A DNA stretch of 61,756 nt. Source: a virus (lineage: Duplodnaviria > Caudoviricetes). The stretch lies in the IMG/VR virus record IMGVR_UViG_3300042888_000791, positions 1 through 61,756 of that record; one strand, 5' to 3'. This document shows, piece after piece, positions 1-9,521 of the stretch. Each line of letters starts with the position of its first letter. Position 1 is the first letter of the stretch. A model generated the notes under the pieces. It did not search any database. It was not told the DNA's origin and saw only the letters and a list, made by a program, of their open reading frames with translations. The position numbers and the translations under genes are program-made.

Positions 1-141
1 CACTTAGGTTTTGCTAAATCTCAAGGTATGTCAAGTGCTAACAAATTCCCAGGATACGAAATCTGGATGAAAGACAGATGTGATGTATTTATTGAAGATT
101 TATCTAGAACTGTGTTGATTGAGGAAATTCCACAATTCTAA
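1..141 (+). CDS. Major capsid protein, C-terminal end (partial; gene starts before the window)
   Basis: Frame 1 is open from base 1 to TAA at 139-141 (HLGFAKSQGMSSANKFPGYEIWMKDRCDVFIEDLSRTVLIEEIPQF). It resembles crAss-like MCP C-termini and sits directly upstream of the conserved post-MCP gene block. Confidence 0.7.
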   Translation, partial: HLGFAKSQGMSSANKFPGYEIWMKDRCDVFIEDLSRTVLIEEIPQF

Positions 142-153
142 TTATAAAAGATC

Positions 154-200
154 AAAAGAACCTAAGAAGCATCCCATAACGAACTGCTCTTAGGTCTTTT
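154..200 (+). terminator. Long hairpin followed by a U-rich run after the capsid gene; possible terminator or RNA-stabilising stem
   Basis: AAAAGAACCTAAGAAGCA pairs with TGCTCTTAGGTCTTTT (two bulged A), followed by T-rich sequence. Confidence 0.55.
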
Positions 201-257
201 CTTCAGAAATTTTTCTTTTTAATTCCTCTCCCTTCTTTAAGAAGAAATTTTTCAAAC

Positions 258-316
258 AGAGTGATGAATATTTGGGTTCTCCCAGTATAGCATTATCCAT
301 TCGATTGGTACACTCT
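258..316 (+). ncRNA. Candidate structured RNA element (multibranch)
   Basis: Closing stem AGAGTG/CACTCT encloses a TGGG-TTCT-CCCA hairpin and a CCA-TTCGAT-TGG hairpin; GC-richer than its surroundings. Confidence 0.4.
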
Positions 317-366
317 ACAAAATATAAACCAAAAACGAGAGTAACTTCTCAAAAACTAAACTAAAT

Positions 367-1335
367 ATGGGCAAATTAGGCAAAATCTCTACTATCAAAA
401 GAGAATTTAATAGTTCACAATTGCAAACAATGCAAAGTGAACTTTCAAGAAACAATATGACTAGAATTCCTGGTACAGGAGTTTTCAAATATCCTTATAA
501 AGAGATTGATGGTCAATATAGAACTGGATTAGATGTAAACGCTGGATACATTAAAAGAATTCAGGATCCTGTTGAAAAAGAACTAGAAATTGAAAGAGTT
601 AAAGCTCTTCGTGAAAAACTAGAATATGATCTTGGTGATATTGATTTAAGTCCTCGATCTAAGTTTTGGAACTATGGATTATCATTATCTACTGATGATG
701 TTACTCACGTACAACCTTACAAACTATTAGATGGAGATAATTATTTTGATCTTTCTATTCCTTTTCAAGAATTATCTTTTGCATGGTTAAGAGTTCATCC
801 AACTATTGCTTCTAGTTTTCAAGCATGGGAAAGAGGTGAATATCCTGCAGATACACAATATTATATTGTTGATGATGATATTGAAAATGAAATTGTATTT
901 AAGAAAAAACAATTGATTAATAAAGCAATTGTTAAATTCGACGATATGACTCCAGATAAGAAAAAGAAAATTGCCAGATTATTAGGCCTTCCTGTTACAG
1001 AAGATACTAAAGAAGAAGTTGTATATAACCAAGTGGATAACTTGTTAAAACAAACAGAATTCAAAAGTGGTAAACACTCAGGATTAAATCCTATTGAAGT
1101 ATTTAATAGGTTTGCTAATATGAAAGAAAATTTGCTACATATACAAGATTTAGTTAAACAAGCTATTGCACACTCAGTTTATAGAGCTAAACCTAATGGT
1201 AAGATTTATGAAGGAGATTTTGAAATTGCTGATAATGAATCAGAATTAATTAAATACTTGGCTGATGAAGATCACCAAGATGATTTAATTATTCTTGAAC
1301 AAAAACTAAAAGGTAAAAAACTAGCTTCTTTATAA
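367..1335 (+). CDS. Conserved crAss-like protein downstream of MCP (crAssphage gene-75-like)
   Basis: 322-aa ORF; synteny directly after the capsid gene. Confidence 0.6.
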   Translation: MGKLGKISTIKREFNSSQLQTMQSELSRNNMTRIPGTGVFKYPYKEIDGQYRTGLDVNAGYIKRIQDPVEKELEIERVKALREKLEYDLGDIDLSPRSKFWNYGLSLSTDDVTHVQPYKLLDGDNYFDLSIPFQELSFAWLRVHPTIASSFQAWERGEYPADTQYYIVDDDIENEIVFKKKQLINKAIVKFDDMTPDKKKKIARLLGLPVTEDTKEEVVYNQVDNLLKQTEFKSGKHSGLNPIEVFNRFANMKENLLHIQDLVKQAIAHSVYRAKPNGKIYEGDFEIADNESELIKYLADEDHQDDLIILEQKLKGKKLASL

Positions 1336-1346
1336 GAGGCTAGTTT
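1318..1346 (+). terminator. Hairpin overlapping the stop codon; possible intrinsic terminator or attenuator
   Basis: AAACTAGCTTCTT-TAT-AAGAGGCTAGTTT inverted repeat; the U-tract is short. Confidence 0.45.
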
Positions 1347-1360
1347 ATAAAAAATAAAAT

Positions 1361-2092
1361 ATGATACAAGTAGATAGTTTATTATACAAGATTGACCAAA
1401 GATTGAATAAGCTATCAACTAATGAGCATCAACAAATCCAGCTTGAAGATAAAATTTTAGCTCTTAATGAGGCTCAGATTAAGTTGATAAAGCAAAAAGT
1501 TGATGGAATGAGTATTGCTAATGGTATGGGTATGGATGCTTTTAAAAAGCGTTATGAAGACCTTCAAAGTCTTGTAATGCCTTATAATAACCAACCATTA
1601 TCTTTATCAATAGATAATCCAGAATTAAATCAATGGAAAGCTAATATTCATTTACTTGAACCTAAGTATATGTTTTATATTGATAGTTATGTATTAGCTG
1701 ACAAAGGACGTTGTAAAGATAGAAAAATTTGGATTAATCGAGATCTTGCTAAACATGGTGATTTACAATTTATTTTAAATAATAAACATTATAAACCAAG
1801 TTTTGAATATCAAGAAACATTTAATTTCTTAGCATCAGATGAAATCAGTATATTTACTGATGGCACATTCACTCCTAAGACTATATGTATATCATATATG
1901 AGGTATCCGGATTACATTGATAAAGAAGGATATATTAAATTTGATGGAACACCATCAACAGATGTAAACTGTGAATTAGAGACTTATTTAGAAGATGAAT
2001 TGTTAGACTTAACAGTACAAAATCTAGCAATGTATACAGAAAATCAATCTGCTACACAAAGTGCTCAATACAGAATACAAACAAATGAATAA
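1361..2092 (+). CDS. Putative tail ring (head-tail connector) protein
   Basis: 243 aa; LNEAQ...IK and Y-x-R-x-P...CEL pattern typical of crAss-like ring proteins; synteny. Confidence 0.6.
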   Translation: MIQVDSLLYKIDQRLNKLSTNEHQQIQLEDKILALNEAQIKLIKQKVDGMSIANGMGMDAFKKRYEDLQSLVMPYNNQPLSLSIDNPELNQWKANIHLLEPKYMFYIDSYVLADKGRCKDRKIWINRDLAKHGDLQFILNNKHYKPSFEYQETFNFLASDEISIFTDGTFTPKTICISYMRYPDYIDKEGYIKFDGTPSTDVNCELETYLEDELLDLTVQNLAMYTENQSATQSAQYRIQTNE

Positions 2093-2118
2093 TTAATTAA
2101 TAATTAAATCTAAATAAA

Positions 2119-3258
2119 ATGGCAGATTTTTCTTTAACCACGCTCTTTGTAGTGCCAGCAAGCCAAACAGCTTTATCTGGTAGTGCTACTCAAGACCTTG
2201 CTCCTGGAATCGTAGGAGTTTATGACAATAATTATAGAGCTGTACCAGCGGGTACAACTATTTATGACGCAAGTGTAGGACCTTATTTCTATGTTGCACA
2301 AGGTAGATCAAGTAACTATTTACAAGGATCTAAACGTTCAGACAAAATTGCAGGATGTTCTCAAGCAGTAGCTTGTCAACCAAATGTAATTGAATGGTAT
2401 AAAGTAGTTGGTTGTCCAACTCCTGTTAACCAAATTACAGTAGTAAATAATTTTAATGTTCGTTGTGGTGACACATTAACTTTAACTTTACGTGCTCACT
2501 CTTCTTACATTGATACATTGTATTTTAATGGATTCACACGTTCAGTAACTGTACAAGCACCTTGTTGTGATTGTGGTGGTGATCCTTGTGATACTGTTGA
2601 TGATAATGCATTAATTAATCAATTGATTGCTAAGTTAACAGCTACAGCACCTGGAATTAATCCAGATAACATTTCATTTAACAACTTCTTTACATTTAAA
2701 AATGTAGGTGGTACTGCTTTATGGATTGAAGGAAAACCTTTAACTAAATATGGTCAACCATGTGATGTTGCTGCTTTCCCTTTTGAATTTGATAGATTGT
2801 GGTTTAATACATTTGTATACTCAGGACCTGCAACTACAGCTGACTTTATTGTTGCTGATAATTGTAACATTGTAGCAACAGCTGCAACTACTCAAACATC
2901 AAATTATGCTAGAGGTTTAGCAACTGAAATTACTCAATTAGAGAAAAATTTCTATAGCTACCAAACAGGATTTATGAAACATCTTTATAGAATGGCTGGA
3001 TACAATCAAGTATTCGATACATTTGTAGATGGAAGTAAAACTTATACTACTTATTACATTAAATTTAATGAATATGGTAGAGGTATTTATAACTTCGGGG
3101 ATTATATCTCTATGGATTCTACTGTTATTATTGCTGTACCTACTACAAGTACTGCTTTTATAACTGATCTTGAAAATACATTAGTTCCTGCTTTAGGTGC
3201 TGTTGTAAGTGATGGTGGTGTTTGTATTACTACAACAACTACTACAACTACAGCATAA
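2119..3258 (+). CDS. Putative auxiliary capsid protein with C-terminal poly-Thr tail
   Basis: 379 aa, beta-rich, CCDCGGDPC motif, ends CITTTTTTTTA; followed by a strong terminator; synteny with crAss-like auxiliary capsid genes. Confidence 0.6.
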   Translation: MADFSLTTLFVVPASQTALSGSATQDLAPGIVGVYDNNYRAVPAGTTIYDASVGPYFYVAQGRSSNYLQGSKRSDKIAGCSQAVACQPNVIEWYKVVGCPTPVNQITVVNNFNVRCGDTLTLTLRAHSSYIDTLYFNGFTRSVTVQAPCCDCGGDPCDTVDDNALINQLIAKLTATAPGINPDNISFNNFFTFKNVGGTALWIEGKPLTKYGQPCDVAAFPFEFDRLWFNTFVYSGPATTADFIVADNCNIVATAATTQTSNYARGLATEITQLEKNFYSYQTGFMKHLYRMAGYNQVFDTFVDGSKTYTTYYIKFNEYGRGIYNFGDYISMDSTVIIAVPTTSTAFITDLENTLVPALGAVVSDGGVCITTTTTTTTA

Positions 3259-3282
3259 TCTGAACAAAACTTAATAACTAAT

Positions 3283-3320
3283 AAAAAGGGAAAGGAGTAA
3301 GAATTCCTTTCCCTTTTTTT
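3283..3320 (+). terminator. Rho-independent terminator
   Basis: AAAAAGGGAAAGGA-loop-TCCTTTCCCTTTTTTT perfect stem plus T-tract. Confidence 0.9.
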
Positions 3321-3335
3321 ATTAAAACTAATAAC

Positions 3336-3899
3336 ATGCCAACATTAAAATTAGATTTTTTAGTAGTTCCTACATATAATACATTAACTCTTGGTATTAT
3401 TGATGCATCTACATATACAACAAATCCACCATCTGTAAATACTCCATGGATAGAAATTACTCCTCCAGGTTTTGATACAATAGGACTTGTATTCAGTGTT
3501 GATGAATATAATATTTTTACATCATCAAATTTAGGGCTTTCACCAGTAGGTGTTAATCAACCTCTTCCTGATGGTATATATCATATAAAATATTCAGTTA
3601 CACCTGCATATGAAAATTTTGTAGAAAAATCTATTATACGTACAGATAGACTTCAAGAAAGATTTGATGAAGCTTTTATGCGTTTAGATATGATGGAATG
3701 TGATAGTGCAATTAAAACACAAAGTAAAGTTGAATTAGATACAATTTATTATTTTATACAAGGAGCTATCGCAGCTGCTAATAATTGTGCAATAATTCAA
3801 TCAAGTAAATTATATGATCAAGCAAGTAGAATGTTAAATCATTTTATGAAGCATGACTGTGGATGTACAGGTAATAACTATATAAATAATTTCAAATAA
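3336..3899 (+). CDS. Putative virion structural protein (Ig-like N-terminal part, helical C-terminal part)
   Basis: 187 aa; LPDGIY-x-I-x-Y motif and C-terminal CGC seen in crAss-like structural proteins. Confidence 0.5.
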   Translation: MPTLKLDFLVVPTYNTLTLGIIDASTYTTNPPSVNTPWIEITPPGFDTIGLVFSVDEYNIFTSSNLGLSPVGVNQPLPDGIYHIKYSVTPAYENFVEKSIIRTDRLQERFDEAFMRLDMMECDSAIKTQSKVELDTIYYFIQGAIAAANNCAIIQSSKLYDQASRMLNHFMKHDCGCTGNNYINNFK

Positions 3900-3900
3900 A

Positions 3901-4032
3901 ATGGCTAATTGTAGTAATTGTAATTCTAATGTTGGATGTTCATGCCAACTAGTAAATGGATTATGTGCAGCTTGTAGAGTTGCAGTTAACAAAGTACAAA
4001 ACTTTATAGAAACATGCTTACACCAAGATTAA
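3901..4032 (+). CDS. Small Cys-rich protein, 43 aa (absent from the ORF track)
   Basis: ATG one base after the upstream stop; MANCSNCNSNVGCSCQLVNGLCAACRVAVNKVQNFIETCLHQD; CxxC...CxC...CxxC; overlaps the next start. Confidence 0.7.
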   Translation: MANCSNCNSNVGCSCQLVNGLCAACRVAVNKVQNFIETCLHQD

Positions 4033-4280
4033 CAAATTGTCCTGAATGTGCAGATATTCCTACTATTATAGCAGAGATAGATTGCAAACTTTCTGAAATG
4101 AGTAATTCATTATATAACAATATAGTGTTTATGCTTAATAAATCATTTAATTCTGAAGTAATGTCTGACCTTTTAAAATATAAAAGGATATTAATGTTTA
4201 AAGTTTGTAACCCAAACTATGCAGGACATTTTACAGTGAATATGATTGCAAATAAAATCAAACTTTTAAAATTTAAATAA
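4014..4280 (+). CDS. Hypothetical protein (CxxC)
   Basis: 88-aa ORF coupled to its neighbours. Confidence 0.65.
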   Translation: MLTPRLTNCPECADIPTIIAEIDCKLSEMSNSLYNNIVFMLNKSFNSEVMSDLLKYKRILMFKVCNPNYAGHFTVNMIANKIKLLKFK

Positions 4281-5384
4281 ATGAGCTGTACTAATTGCTT
4301 TAATGGATGCACTGAAACTGTTTCAGATCAATGCATAAGATATACAGGAAACGATGTTCCTACACTTGGTATACAACATGGAGATACACTTCTTTCTGTT
4401 GAAAATTCTCTTACTACTTTTTTAGCTTCAACATTAACTGGAGCAGGTATAAAACCAGATATTCCAATTGAAAACTTCTGTACATTAGTTAAAAATTATC
4501 TTCCTACATGTACATCTTGTACAGGATTTACATTGAATGATGTATTAATTGCTGTTATACATGCAGCTTGTAATTTACAAGAACAAGTAGATGCAATTGA
4601 TGCTACACTTCTTGTATTAAATTCTGATTATACTTTACCAGTTGATTGTTTAACAGGTGTTACAAATTCTTCAGATACTCATGCTATTGTACAAGCTATT
4701 TTAACTAAACTATGTTCAGTTGATTCAGATTTAACATCATTAACTGCAGAACTTCATACATTATATTCAAGTAATGGTACTGAGTTAAATGCTCAGATTG
4801 CTGCTTATCTAGCTAGTATAGCACCTTCTTCATTGGTTAGTAATAAAATGATTCCTTATACTGCTATACCATTTTATCCTACACCTGCATTTTTAGCTGG
4901 TAAGTTTGATGGAACAGGTGCTGGTATTGGTGATTGGTTAAAAGTATACTTATGTAATGGACAAAATTTTACACCTGATTTAAGAGGTAATGTTCTTATT
5001 GGAGCAAACTCTATGGGCACAGGAGCATATAGTACTAGCAATACTGATACAAACCCTCCATATAGTAACCCTTATTATAATCAGGGTACATCTGCAGGAA
5101 CTAACACAGTTACATTAGGTTTAGGTCAAATACCTAGTCACAATCACGCTGGTTCTACTTCTACTGATACAGGGCATATTCATAATATATTTGCTAATGT
5201 AAATTATGGTACTGGAACCTCTGGTGTTAAATCAGGTACAGATTTCTTTATTCAAGGAGGAACGCATAGTTCTGATTCAAGCACTGCTAATATTAATTTA
5301 ACTATAGCTCAAGCAGGTGGTGGACAGGCACACTCTAATATACAACCTGTTTTAGGAGTTTTATATATAATGTATATACCTTAA
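4281..5384 (+). CDS. Tail/head fibre protein with C-terminal tail-collar-like domain
   Basis: LCNGQ..TPDLRG..LIG, VTL...QIPSHNH and GGGQAHSNIQP are tail-collar/short-fibre motifs; the Cys-rich N-terminal domain is shared with the next two ORFs. Confidence 0.7.
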   Translation: MSCTNCFNGCTETVSDQCIRYTGNDVPTLGIQHGDTLLSVENSLTTFLASTLTGAGIKPDIPIENFCTLVKNYLPTCTSCTGFTLNDVLIAVIHAACNLQEQVDAIDATLLVLNSDYTLPVDCLTGVTNSSDTHAIVQAILTKLCSVDSDLTSLTAELHTLYSSNGTELNAQIAAYLASIAPSSLVSNKMIPYTAIPFYPTPAFLAGKFDGTGAGIGDWLKVYLCNGQNFTPDLRGNVLIGANSMGTGAYSTSNTDTNPPYSNPYYNQGTSAGTNTVTLGLGQIPSHNHAGSTSTDTGHIHNIFANVNYGTGTSGVKSGTDFFIQGGTHSSDSSTANINLTIAQAGGGQAHSNIQPVLGVLYIMYIP

Positions 5385-5388
5385 TAAT

Positions 5389-7044
5389 ATGTGGCCATTT
5401 TTACCAAAGAAATGTGATTGTAGTGAAACACCTACAAATTTAAGTATACCTTGTGATCCAACATTACAATCATCTGATGAATTTGTATATGATGGGCCAG
5501 ATTTGCCTTGTATAAATGTGCACCATAATGATACATTAACAACAGCATTACAAGAACTAGATTATTATTTATGTGGTAGATTATTTACTCAACAAGTTAT
5601 GTTTAATATTGAAACAAATATTACAGCATTTCCTGATTTTGTTACACTGATAAATAATGTTGTTTCTTGTGATACTATTCTTTCTTGTTTAACATCAAGC
5701 ACAACTACTTCAACAACATCATCATCAACTAGTACAACTACTACTACAACTACTTGTCATCATCCTAATCTAGTAATAAATGGAGAATTTGATACATCTT
5801 TAGTGTCATGGAATCAAACTATCTCTAATAGTTGGATATGGAGTGCTAATCATGGTGGAAGTGCTTTTTATAATGGACTAGATGAAAATTCTTTATTATA
5901 TCAATCTATACTTACACCAGGAATAACTTATGATGTATCATTTCATTTATGGTGTGATAGTCCTTGTGCAGTTCCTGTAAAAGTATTTGTTGGTACAACA
6001 GAATATGATATTACAGGCATAACAGGTGATGTAGATATTAATCTTATAATTACTTGTACTGGTAATACTTTATTTGGTATACAAGCTTATGACGCTTGTG
6101 GAGAACCTAATAATAGTATTTATATTAATAATGTAGTTGTAAGTGAGCATTGTCCACAATTTACTACTACTACAACTACCATCTTACAACAAAAAAATTT
6201 TGATATAACAGGAAATTGGAATCTTACCACTCCTCCAGTAGTAGATGCATTATCATTTAAAACATTTTTAGAAAGTGGATATGATGGAGATGATACTCAA
6301 AATGGATTCTCTGATGTAGTTATTACAGATTTTTCATTAATAGAAGGTAGATTAACATGTAATTTATTTGCTTTAGAAAATAGTAGTAATTTTAATTTAG
6401 CTTATCTTGAAATTACAGATGTATCTTTATTTGGTGATATTATAGGATTATCTAACATATCTCTTTATACAAATAATATAAATAATGTTAATGATACTAC
6501 ATGGCCAAATAGTATGACACAATTAGATTTATCTAATAATCAAATAGTAAATTTTAATCCAACTTTTCAATTACCCAACTCATTAAGTTCTTTATACTTA
6601 AATGGCAATCAAATAGTAACATTTAACCCATCAGTACCATTACCTAGTTCATTAAGTAATTTATTATTAAGTAATAATTTAATAGTAAATTTTAATCCAT
6701 CCATCCCTTTACCATCATTAACACAAATAGTATTATCCTATAATAATATAAGTACATTTAATCCTAGTATTTCTTTGCCTCTTAGTTTACAGGGTCTTGC
6801 TTTAACTGGTAATGCTATAAGTATATTTAATCCAACTATTGCATTACCTAATTCATTAAATTATTTAGGTTTAGAACAAAATCTTATGACTACTGCAGGG
6901 TATACAGCATCAGAACCATGGGCAAATGCTATGACTAATATACCAGGAAGAGGTAATATAGTATTTACTAGTAATACAAATTCTGTAACAGGTACAAATT
7001 TAGCAACTATATTACATTCTAAAGGTTGGTCTACAACCGGATAA
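5389..7044 (+). CDS. Fibre/decoration protein: attachment domain, Ser/Thr linker, CBM-like jelly roll, leucine-rich repeats
   Basis: NLVINGEFD...W (CBM4/9-like start); about 6-7 LRRs of 23-24 aa (LxxLxLxxNxIxxFNPxxxLP); two Thr tracts. Confidence 0.7.
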   Translation: MWPFLPKKCDCSETPTNLSIPCDPTLQSSDEFVYDGPDLPCINVHHNDTLTTALQELDYYLCGRLFTQQVMFNIETNITAFPDFVTLINNVVSCDTILSCLTSSTTTSTTSSSTSTTTTTTTCHHPNLVINGEFDTSLVSWNQTISNSWIWSANHGGSAFYNGLDENSLLYQSILTPGITYDVSFHLWCDSPCAVPVKVFVGTTEYDITGITGDVDINLIITCTGNTLFGIQAYDACGEPNNSIYINNVVVSEHCPQFTTTTTTILQQKNFDITGNWNLTTPPVVDALSFKTFLESGYDGDDTQNGFSDVVITDFSLIEGRLTCNLFALENSSNFNLAYLEITDVSLFGDIIGLSNISLYTNNINNVNDTTWPNSMTQLDLSNNQIVNFNPTFQLPNSLSSLYLNGNQIVTFNPSVPLPSSLSNLLLSNNLIVNFNPSIPLPSLTQIVLSYNNISTFNPSISLPLSLQGLALTGNAISIFNPTIALPNSLNYLGLEQNLMTTAGYTASEPWANAMTNIPGRGNIVFTSNTNSVTGTNLATILHSKGWSTTG

Positions 7045-7085
7045 TACTAATGACAAAATATTAATAAATTTTTTAAAATAAAAAT

Positions 7086-7862
7086 ATGTGCACAAATAAT
7101 TCAAATTGTACTAACTCAGATAATACTTGTGGATGTGGTATTTCAACAGATCAAGTATCCTATCAAGGGCCTACACTACCATGTGTAGAAATAAATAATT
7201 GTGATACTATGACTACTGTATTACAACAACTTAATAGTTATATATGTAGCGATGAATTAGTTCATACAATTATAAATAATATTATTACTAATATTAGTTT
7301 ATACCAACAATTTACTACTTTAGTAAACCAAACAGTAGATTGCGAAACTGTTTTAGCATGTAATAGTACAACTACTACTACAACACTTGCTCCTTGTGAA
7401 AGTTTTTCATTAAATAATACAGGAGAAACTCCAGTGGCTATAATTATTACTGATTGTATTACACACTTACAAGAAGCTATTATATTAAATCCAGGAAATA
7501 CAAATATTTGTGTTGTAACAAATAGTCCTTTAGTTGTACCAGGTACAGTTATTGCAATACCAAATGGCCCTTGTGGTACCACTACAACTACTAGTACAAG
7601 TTCAACAACTACTACTACCACTACAGCTATTCCATGTGAATGTTTAACTGCTATTAATGAAGATAGTATATCTCATACAATATCTTATACAGATTGTTTT
7701 GGTGTTTTTCTTGAAAATGATATAGATATTCCTCCTTATGAAACTATAAAATTCTGTGGATGTTGCGCATATTCAGATAGTAGTTTTGTAACAATCTCTA
7801 TAGGAGAAAATTGTATAGATCAAATATGCCCAACTACAACAACAACTACTACATTAATATAA
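7086..7862 (+). CDS. Cys-rich decoration protein with three poly-Thr tracts
   Basis: 258 aa; shared N-terminal domain, two similar Cys-flanked small domains separated by Thr runs, ends CPTTTTTTTLI. Confidence 0.7.
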   Translation: MCTNNSNCTNSDNTCGCGISTDQVSYQGPTLPCVEINNCDTMTTVLQQLNSYICSDELVHTIINNIITNISLYQQFTTLVNQTVDCETVLACNSTTTTTTLAPCESFSLNNTGETPVAIIITDCITHLQEAIILNPGNTNICVVTNSPLVVPGTVIAIPNGPCGTTTTTSTSSTTTTTTTAIPCECLTAINEDSISHTISYTDCFGVFLENDIDIPPYETIKFCGCCAYSDSSFVTISIGENCIDQICPTTTTTTTLI

Positions 7863-7872
7863 AACTAAACCA

Positions 7873-8121
7873 ATGACAGTATTAATAACTCTTTCAACAG
7901 CAGGTTCAGACTCTGGGCCATTTAATCTTTATTCAGATCTTGATGGATACACATCAGCATTTGAAACAAATGTAGCTAAAGTGGATCTATTAGCAGGGTA
8001 TCCTTCTGCATTAGTACCAGACTATACAGGCATAATTAGAATTATGTCTGATAATTCTTTATGTACTAATTATGTGGATATAATAATATCTGGTACCACA
8101 ACTACAACAACAACAATATAA
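7873..8121 (+). CDS. Small beta-domain protein with poly-Thr tail
   Basis: 82 aa; ends SGTTTTTTTI; similar to the N-terminus of ORF 17485. Confidence 0.7.
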   Translation: MTVLITLSTAGSDSGPFNLYSDLDGYTSAFETNVAKVDLLAGYPSALVPDYTGIIRIMSDNSLCTNYVDIIISGTTTTTTTI

Positions 8122-8154
8122 ATAAATCTTGTTTTGTTGGTTTTACAAGATTTT

Positions 8155-8183
8155 CTCCCTAGGATTTTTCTAGGGAGTTTTTA
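8155..8183 (+). terminator. Rho-independent terminator
   Basis: CTCCCTAGGA-TTT-TTCTAGGGAG stem followed by TTTTT; a second hairpin AAATCTTG/CAAGATTT lies just upstream. Confidence 0.8.
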
Positions 8184-8188
8184 TTTAT

Positions 8189-8232
8189 AATTATTTTAGT
8201 TATAAGTAATTACGGCAATAACTAAAATAATT
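8189..8232. repeat. Perfect 15-bp inverted repeat abutting a promoter
   Basis: AATTATTTTAGTTAT (8189-8203) and ATAACTAAAATAATT (8218-8232) with a 14-nt spacer. Confidence 0.7.
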
Positions 8233-8263
8233 TGTTTTATATAAAAACTATTAGCTATCTTTA
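8231..8263 (+). promoter_or_regulatory. Bacteroidota-type sigma promoter (-33 TTTG / -7 TAnnTTTG-like)
   Basis: TTTG-N21-TATCTTTA upstream of ORF 8290. Confidence 0.55.
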
Positions 8264-8289
8264 CCTAGTTTTAACTAATATGAGTACAT

Positions 8290-9516
8290 ATGTCTGAAAG
8301 TAAAAATTTATTATTTCAATTAGAAAGTTTACTTTCTAGAAAAAAAAGTAAAAAGTATTATGCTAGTATACTAGAAATCACTGAATTAGAAGTAAATAAT
8401 TTACTTTTAGAATTAAAAAAAGAAAAAACTTTTACTACAGCTGAACCTGAAAAATTGTGTTCTACAAAAACTACAAAAGTAAATAATGAAAAAGGTACAA
8501 TTGAAAGTACAATAGTTATAAACTTTGAACCAAAAAATGATATTGAATTAGCTGAATTACATAAAATTGATTTAGATAAATACATTATAACTAACTATTG
8601 GTCTAAAATGTTACCAGGTGGAAAATTTACTTCATCTGTTTTTAGTAAAAGAAAACAAGCAGAAGATTATTCTCAAAAAGATTTTTCTAAATTTTTAGAA
8701 ACTTATATTCCTAATATTGTAGAAAAATATATTAAAACTTTAGATGCAACAAAGAAAAATGTAGATGTAGAAATATCTCTGTCAGATTTTCATTTAGCTA
8801 AAAGACATATTGATGGTGATAATAGTACAACAGAAAGAGCACTAAGATATTTTAATGTAGCACAAGAACTAATACATAAGGTAAGAGCTATATATAATAT
8901 AAACACTGTAGTACTTCCTATATCAAATGATTTCTTTCATACTGATAACTATCAAAACCAAACTACAAATGGTACACCACAAGATACTATAATGGACTAC
9001 TCACAAGAGTATGAATTAGGTTTTAGTATTCTTGTAGATACAATTAATATGCTTAGAGCTAATGCTCTTCATGTTAAAGTGGTATTAGTACAAGGTAATC
9101 ATGATAGAACTAAATCTTTTTATTTAGCACATGCATTGGATGTATTTTTTAAATCTGCAGTAGATGTAGATTTTATAAGAGAACATTCAGTTATTAAAGG
9201 ATTAACACTAGGTAATACATTTATTGGTTGGCACCATGGTAACTGTAAATTAGATGATCTTCCTTTATTATTTGCTACATCTACAGAATATAGTCAAGCA
9301 TTTGGTAATGCTAAATATAGAGAAATACATACAGGCGATAAACATCACTATATGGCTAAAGAATTAAAAGGAGTAAGAATACAACAAATGCCCAGTTTGT
9401 CTGGTGCAGATAGATGGCATTCAGATAATAATTTTGTTCACTCAGTAAGAGCTGCACTAGCATTAGTATATGATACTTATCTAGGTAAGGTAGCTGAGTT
9501 TGAATCTAGAATATAA
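8290..9516 (+). CDS. Calcineurin-like metallophosphoesterase with N-terminal extension
   Basis: Motifs SDFH, NDFFHTD, GNHD, HHG and GDKHH in canonical order. Confidence 0.85.
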   Translation: MSESKNLLFQLESLLSRKKSKKYYASILEITELEVNNLLLELKKEKTFTTAEPEKLCSTKTTKVNNEKGTIESTIVINFEPKNDIELAELHKIDLDKYIITNYWSKMLPGGKFTSSVFSKRKQAEDYSQKDFSKFLETYIPNIVEKYIKTLDATKKNVDVEISLSDFHLAKRHIDGDNSTTERALRYFNVAQELIHKVRAIYNINTVVLPISNDFFHTDNYQNQTTNGTPQDTIMDYSQEYELGFSILVDTINMLRANALHVKVVLVQGNHDRTKSFYLAHALDVFFKSAVDVDFIREHSVIKGLTLGNTFIGWHHGNCKLDDLPLLFATSTEYSQAFGNAKYREIHTGDKHHYMAKELKGVRIQQMPSLSGADRWHSDNNFVHSVRAALALVYDTYLGKVAEFESRI

Positions 9517-9521
9517 ATAAT

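Noticed and set aside
258-316. tRNA gene
   Set aside because: It has a T-loop-like TTCGAT but is too short and lacks a proper D arm, anticodon arm and 7-bp acceptor stem; kept only as a structured-RNA candidate.
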